From assembly GCA_951406725.2 (NCBI GenBank), contig OX597814.1:170438001-170502000 (forward strand): a stretch of DNA of 64,000 nucleotides. Reading direction: 5' to 3'. The translations under genes were made by a program, and so were the position numbers. Source of the DNA: Octopus vulgaris. Lineage: Eukaryota. Below are positions 56,997 to 64,000 of the stretch, in pieces. A model generated the notes under the pieces. That model was not told the origin of the DNA. It saw only the letters and a program-made list of their open reading frames with translations, and did not search any database. Position 1 is the stretch's first letter; each line of letters starts with the position of its first letter.

Positions 56997-59845
56997 CCAA
57001 GCGGAGTGTAGGAGAATTTGTGAGGAAAAAAATCTTGCAAATACACAAATCAATTAACCTACGAGCTGTTCAAAACATCTTACGCGATGAGAAAACTTAG
57101 TACGGTGTGATTTCGGTCCTTGCGAGGCGCTACCTATATCTATTAAACAAAGGAAGATTTGTCTGCATCCGCACTCCAAGTTGTTGTTGCACTGCTATGT
57201 CAACATCATTAGGCTGTAGACTCTCAAACCGCTCTGCAAACAAAGTTACGTCATCGTTCTGCGCAACAGTGAACTCGCAACAAAGCAATAGTTCGAGATA
57301 TGGCCACTAGGTGACAGCAAATACCTTGAGTGAAGAGCAAATCAAGGGTGCTAATTAATTTCTGACGGTAGTGTATATAATGTGTGTGTATACACGCACA
57401 CACACATATATATAATTGCATATAATTTCATATCTAGAATTAAATATAAAAAAATACGTTGGTCAACCTTAATAATTTCTACACTATCACATCTACACAA
57501 ACGGGGATAATTTTGTGACCTTGATAAAAAAAAATTATAGATTTCGATATGGATCGTTCCAAGTCATAGAGAATGTCTTTGGCTTTTAAATTGAAGATAT
57601 GTTCAGCAAGAGAAGTAGTAGTTCTTTGGGGGTAACTCTAGAAAATGAATGGTGATCTCTTTTTTTAAATTAGAAGTGGAACCAATTCATAAACTACATT
57701 ATTACGTCTGGGGTAACCACCGAGTAAACAATTTTCTCTCACTCTACAGTTACATAAATTGTTGTCAGATTTTGGCAAGGAAGAATTTCTGCAGACAGAG
57801 AGAATATTGCTATCATTGATATTAGAAAATATTTTATTATTACTGCCTTTCTCTCATCCTCGTTGCCTTATAGCTAATATAATAATCATGCGCTTATCAT
57901 GTTGACAATTTGTAGTAATATTATCGGTAATGTTAATATCATTATGATTGCAACCATTACTACAACGATTATTATGATTGTCATTATTAACTGTATTATT
58001 GTTATCACCATTGTTATTATTTATGAAATCACTGAGTCTGTCATTATTAAAATAGCCTTGCAACGGTTACAATTATACTCAGTAATATTACAACTAATAT
58101 ATCCATAGTGACAATTATTAAATCTATAATTTTTAGTTTACTTGGAATTAATATTACATTTGCTTAATTTAGAGTGATTTGTGACTGTTTTAATAGATAC
58201 TAAATTAGGTGCAATAGAGTAAGAAAGTTTAACGGTGGTCTTATTGAATATTTGATAGTAAATCTATTATGGTGAAAAATTGTCTTTAAGAATCTTAAAA
58301 TATAAGTGCACAATTTTCGGTTTAATAGGCTTTGCAACATTATACGAAGCAACATTCTGTTTTCTGTTTCTCACACTACTTTGTATCTTTTATCTTTTAC
58401 TTGTTTCAGTCGTTAGACTGCGGCCATGTTAGGGCATTTGACTGCGGACATGCTAAGTCAAATGAATTGACCTCAGTACTTCTTTTTAAACCTGGTATAT
58501 GTTCTATTGGTCTCTTTTGCCGAGCCGCTAAGCTACGGGAACGTAAACTCACCAATACTGGTTGTCGAGTGGAACAAACATAGATACAAACACACATATA
58601 TGCGTGTGTACGTGTATACAGGCTTCTTTTGGTTTCCGTTTGCCTAATCCACTCAAGGCGTTTGTCGGCCCGAGGCTTCTCCGGAGTGCAACGGAGAGGG
58701 GTTGAACCCAGAACTATGTGGTTTGGAAGCAAACTTCTTATCACACAGCCACGGCTGCACCTATTAGTCGCAGGCGTGGCTGTATGGTAAGAAGTTTGCT
58801 TACCTACCACATGGAACCTAGTTCAGTCCTACGTGAAACTCGGAGCAAGTTTCTTCTACTACAGCCCCCGGCCAACCAAAGTCCCGTGTGCTGATTTGGT
58901 ACACGGACACTGAAGGAAACCCGTTGTATTTGCGTGTGTCTTTGTGTTTGTGCTGTCTGCCTCCTCACCGCTTGACAATCGGTGTTAGTTTGTTTGCGTT
59001 CACGTAACTTAGCGGTTCGACAAAATAACATAAGTACCAGACTTTAAAAGGCAATAAGTACAGGAGTCGATTTGCTCGACTGAAACTCTTCGAGTCGTTT
59101 ACTTTAATGCAATACACTTTACCACATGTTTCAGATTCAATGTTTCGATCAACATTCCCCTCCTCTACCCACAATGCATTGTAATTATATTCTCTGTATA
59201 AGGGTAAAGGGTAAAGATTCCCTCCAGTCATGAATGACCATGGGATTGCACCTAGAAAGTTATCCTCCGAGGCACAAGGCCGGGCAAGGTTGTTTATGGA
59301 AGACCAGCAGTCGCCCATGCATACCAGCCTCTCTTCTCCATTCCACCAATGTTATCCAAGGGAAAGGCAAAGGCCAATACAGCCTGGCACCGGTGACGTC
59401 GCAACTCATTTCTACGGCTGAATGAACTGGAGCAACGTGAAATAAAGTGTCTTGCTCAAGCACTCAGCACAAAGCCCAGTCCGAAAATCGAACGCACTAC
59501 TTCATGATTGTCTGTCTGACGCTCTAACCACTGAGCTATGCACCTTCTCGATATAAAGGTAGGCTATATTGTTAGAAAACTGAGTCCCGTTATATTTGAA
59601 TAATGACAGAAAATGATTATGGGTATTTTGAATATATTTAATGATACACGCGTTTCAAGTAGTTACGTAACGAGCAGATACGTTGTCTTTTTAGTTTCTT
59701 GGTCATTTCAAGTGAAATACATGGATAATTTAAAATGTTCTGCTATATATATTAGTATGCAAAAGTAACACCACAAAAAGCCCTAAAAAAGAAAAGAAGT
59801 AGAGAAAAAAACGAAAAATTAAAAGCAACACGAGAAAACTACTGC

Positions 59846-60518
59846 TGTTGTTGTTGTTGTTGGCATCCTTTTTGTCTCGGGAGACAATGGAGTTGCGCAT
59901 AAAATAATCTAGTCCGACTTTTACATTTCATGTCCTAATACATTTCCTGCTGTGGCTGTGTAGTCCTATCCTGGACAAACACTCTCTCTGGCAGGTGCCG
60001 CAAATGTAGCGAAGACTTTTCCTGGCTGGTTGTAATGCCATAGTTTCTTGTTGACGTCTTTTCTTGTCTTTCCATTTCTCCTCTCTCTCTCTCTCTATCA
60101 CTCCTTTGTGTTCCCTCTTTTACGGTACGTCGCCAATCGCCACGGTTGCTGGCAACTGCTTCCCAGTTGCTTATATTGATGTTGCAGGCCTTCATGTCCC
60201 TTTTGCAAACATCCTTGTATCGTAAGAACGGTCTTCCCACAGACCTAGTACCTCTAGCAAGCTCTCCGTAGAGTATGTCCTTGGGGATTCTGCCATCTTC
60301 CATACGGCTAACATGTCCAAGCCATCTCATACGTCTTTGTGTGAGGAGTGCAAACATGCTTGGTATTCCTGCTTGCTTGAGGACATCTTTGTTGGGGACA
60401 TGATTCTGCCAATTGATGCGAAGGATTTTCCGGAGGCAGCACAGGTGAAAGATATTTAGGCGACACTCTTGGCGTGTGTATGGCGTCCAAGTCTCACTTC
60501 CATACAGCAGAGTGTATG
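59846..60518 (-). mobile_element. 5'-truncated RTE/BovB-like LINE with C-terminal zinc finger and (CAA)n tail
   Basis: LLYGSETW..RMRWLGHV..LYGEL..GRPFLRYKD; after a frameshift YICGTCQRECLSRIGLHSHSRKC. Confidence 0.9.
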
Positions 60519-61499
60519 GAAGTGAGTAGAAAAAAAAACGAAAAAGGAAGAGCAGCATGAGAAAACTATAAACAGAAGGAAATAATGAGAGAATATACGT
60601 GTAGAATTATCCTGAGAGATGGAGGCGTAGTTAATACAGTAATAAAAAAAGTTCAAAAGCAGACAATAAACTTCAAACATCGTAGGGATGCGAAGGAAGT
60701 AATAATAAAATCTAGTGCCGGAGACAAAACAATTAATTTTCGAGCAGGTCAAATAGTATCATCCTTTTGCAGATAAAAATCTTAAAGAATTTCGGACGTA
60801 TTGTCCTGACCATGACGCCTTCAAATTTAAGAATGTGCTTATTAGGCCTCAGCAATGCAGTCCAGTCAGAGGTCGTAAATTGGTTTAGAAATAAATATTT
60901 GTGCTATTCAACGACACCGTTAAATATAGATGGAGAAGACAGAGAGAGAGAGAGAGAAAGAGGCTAATTTAGAACACAAATAAAAACAAATGCAAGATTA
61001 ATATAATAACGATAAAAGCATTATCAATAAAGTAATAATGACCGTAACGTGACAAACAACAACAATAATAACAGTTTCTTGAGATTTGAGGAGCCTTGTT
61101 ATTACTAAACCTCGAGATAAAATTCTTACTAATTAAATTAGCATTTACTAGCTTAATAAAAATAATAATCTGTAATTGTTCAGTTTAGGGATATTAAAAA
61201 AGTAAATAAAAATTAAGGGGGAGATAACTGGTGAAGGGACATAACTAAGTCATCTTACTGTTAAACAACATAAATACTGGATATTATTTTCTTTGGAATT
61301 AATCAGAATGGCGCGTGGAAGACCAATGGGGCCGCAATTCATTGTTCCTGAAATTGAAATCCTCAACTGTGAATTAATCTTGAAGGGGTTGGTATTCCTA
61401 CTGCCGGCCTTGCTCGTCTTGTGAATTAGCACGAGTGCTTGTCGAGACTCCCTTTGCCATTATGTCAGATTACGTCTTTTAATAAAACCGTGTTTGAAT

Positions 61500-63100
61500 C
61501 TCTCCAAAGAGGCTGGTCGCGGAAAGAATTCCTCTGCCAACGGATTCCACACCTTGTCACCCTCCAAGTAGCGCCAGAGATGTCTCAGCCTCAACACATG
61601 TCTGCGCATCATTAGTCAGGGCATCCCCAACCCACCCTTTAACGGTTCTTGGCAGCCGATGGAGCATCTCACAACTGCTCTCCTCCTTTCCATAATAAGC
61701 GGAAGAAGAGGCGCTCCAACTTGTTTATCCACGAGTCGAGGCAAGGGACAACGGTTAGGCGGTAGGTGATTACAGATGCAATAAACACCTGTACCACCTC
61801 CGCCCTTCCTTTTAGAGACAGAGCCCGTCCGGACTAGGGCTTCCACCCTGTCTGCTACCTCGTTCCAATTCTTTTCCGTTTGGGAGTCCGTTCCAAACCA
61901 AACTCCGAGCAACTTAACAGGACCATCTGTCCAGTGACCCACGTCACTGGACGATATCAACTTGCTCCACCAGGTGCTGAGACGCAAGCCAATGGACTTG
62001 TCTTAGTTAACTTTTGCCCCTGCCACCGCCTCGTATCCTTTGATAGCGTCCTCTACACAAGGTAGCTGAACTTCATTGGACACGGTGATGGTGACGTCAT
62101 CCGCATAAGTAGAAACCGACTTACCGCATCCGATTTCAATGGGGGTGCACCCCAAATTCTCCAACTTCCGCAGTAATAGCTCAAGAGCCAACACATACAG
62201 AAGCGGAGACAGGGGCACTCTTGACGAACTGAGCACTTGATCGAAAACGGCTCTGACAGGTAGACGTTTATCTGAACGGTGTATTTGATGCCGCTATACA
62301 TTGCGGATATCCACCTACAGAAGTCCGGGCCCAGCCCAGCCACTTCGAGGTCCGCCGCCAGGTACTGGTGGTCTACCCTAACAAACGCTTTACTTTGGTC
62401 TAAATGGACCAGCGCCCCACTTTTGCCGGTTAATTTACCCAACGTGTCTAAGGTGTAGCGTATAAGGTAAAGATTATCCTGGATGGACCCGCCTGGAATG
62501 GCGCATGTCTGCGCCTTCCCAACAAGCTTCTCCACGACACGCGTAATTTTCTTTTCCTTGGTGTTGTAAATTTTGTTCACCACCGTTCGTGCATTGACCG
62601 CTTGCCCCGTCTCTGGAGGAGGTAGCAGTTTGGTATCGCTACCACTTTTTCTAATTAAGTTACGGAAACCAAATAGTTGTTCTATTTCTACCTCCATTTC
62701 CGTTACATTGTCGCGTACAGCGGCCGAAAAACTGGGTCTTTCCTCTTCCTGTGCTTTCGTTTCACCCCCATTTTCACTGGTATTACCCTTTCCCATCGCG
62801 GTAAAATCGTTTTTTGATGCAATATCAAATTCCATCATATACTTTTTCTTTAAATTGCAAAAAAATGACTAAAAACGACAAAACAAATTCGCCACCCAGC
62901 AACGGGTGAAAAAACAGTTCAGCAATAAATTTTTTTCTACAATAATTTCAAAACAGAATCTTCCGCCCCGCAGGACGAAAATTACGGATCTTTGACAAAC
63001 AACAGCAGTAATTGTATTCACCTCGATAGACGTCATTGCTTGGTTGAAATTGCCGAAATACGAGAAATAAAACAAGAAATAGCTTACAAACTACACAATT
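61500..63100 (-). mobile_element. Tx1/L1-clade LINE remnant with internal deletion
   Basis: SIQDNL, LDQSKAF.RVDH, SVRQ.CPLSPLLY, YADDVT, GAKVN, LLGVWF, GGLGMP across frameshifts. Confidence 0.88.
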
Positions 63101-64000
63101 TTCTCAAGAACGCCAAGAGAAAAAGATGTTTTATGTGACACATTCTACCAGTATACGAAGTTTAAAAGTGTTTAGTTACAAAGAAATTATTTTTAAAATC
63201 TGCCGGTCAAAGTGAAAAGATCCAAAATTACTGTTCCACGAAGGGCAACAATTCAGTTCAAAGCAAAATACACAAAATATCACAATACCAGACAAAAACA
63301 CACGGAACGAACTCACATAACTTTGGTAACAGCAAATTACGACGCAAAAAATCCGAGTCTGATAGAGGTTAATTCTTTATTACAAGCACAAGGCCTAATT
63401 ACAGAGGGGACATACAAAGGACATGCGGGAACATAAAACATATGAAGGATGAATGTGAAATGAATATATTCACAATGCAAATGAGTCGGCCATCTCGCTC
63501 TCGCTGCGAGATGGAATTGTGTATTCCTTTAACACAACCTTTAGCCTCGCTCCGAGGCGAAACCGCGACTTCTCTTTTTGATTTTGCCCTACCATTATAA
63601 ACCTTTTAAACCAATGTTCATACAGTCCTTACTTATTTCTTTTCCTCTGTTTTTTTTTTAAACTAAAAGAAAACAAAATGTTTAACACAGTGTTAAAAAA
63701 AAATTTAGGAAACCTGTTCATTTAACAGTTTCAAGTTTTACATTATTTTTTCCTTTTTTTCCCCTAAAAAGTTCAAACAATCATTCCTCTCACTTACAGT
63801 CTTTACAAAATTATGATGACTTACCACTTACTCCTTTCAAGTTGGGGTGTCCTATCTCACTATAATTTTTCTTTTCGTTTGTGCTTTTCATGTTGTCTCT
63901 TTTTGCTTCTAATTTCCTGCTGTTTTATGTCTTCTTGTATTTCCGTCTCTAAGTCTGTGTGTTCTTGTATTTGTGTGTCTGTGTGTTCGTTTGACTGCAA

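Larger units (their letters stand above)
55675..57373 (-). mobile_element. Full-length Tc1-family DNA transposon (1699 bp), inactive
   Basis: TA on both flanks; 26-bp TIRs cacttgcgtcggaaattaattagcac / cactaccgtcagaaattaattagcac (23/26). Confidence 0.95.

Noticed and set aside
57854-58108. Asn-rich and Ile-rich ORFs
   Set aside because: Decayed (ATT)n low-complexity sequence

Overview
AT-rich animal genomic DNA dense in microsatellites and SINEs; the repeat landscape resembles an Octopus/coleoid cephalopod genome (inference). The main feature is a + strand Enhancer of zeste (E(z)/EZH2, the PRC2 H3K27 methyltransferase) gene. I traced 15 coding exons from 733 to the stop at 47190. All have GT-AG boundaries and compatible phases, giving 1917 nt = 638 aa + stop. 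The 5' exons lie upstream of the window, and the 3' UTR probably ends near AATAAA 49522. Introns and downstream DNA hold tRNA-derived and Deu/Nin-domain SINEs, non-autonomous Helitrons, TTAA piggyBac-type MITEs, RTE, R4/Dong and Tx1/L1 LINE fragments, mariner relics and one full-length dead Tc1 (55675-57373). Most notable: an intronic RTE LINE with a C4HC3 PHD finger inside its RT and a 3' UTR expanded into a ~3 kb nested tandem array; a ~170-nt intronic hairpin whose transition mismatches are all G-U on the EZH2 sense strand; a Tc1 carrying a perfect ETS-CRE motif, a CTCF-like site and a 5'-UTR intron; TE-depleted introns around the CXC exons with candidate SET-less isoforms; and a cluster of inverted repeats and hammerhead-like relics at 53.5-55.3 kb. 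No database searches were possible, so novelty is unverified.
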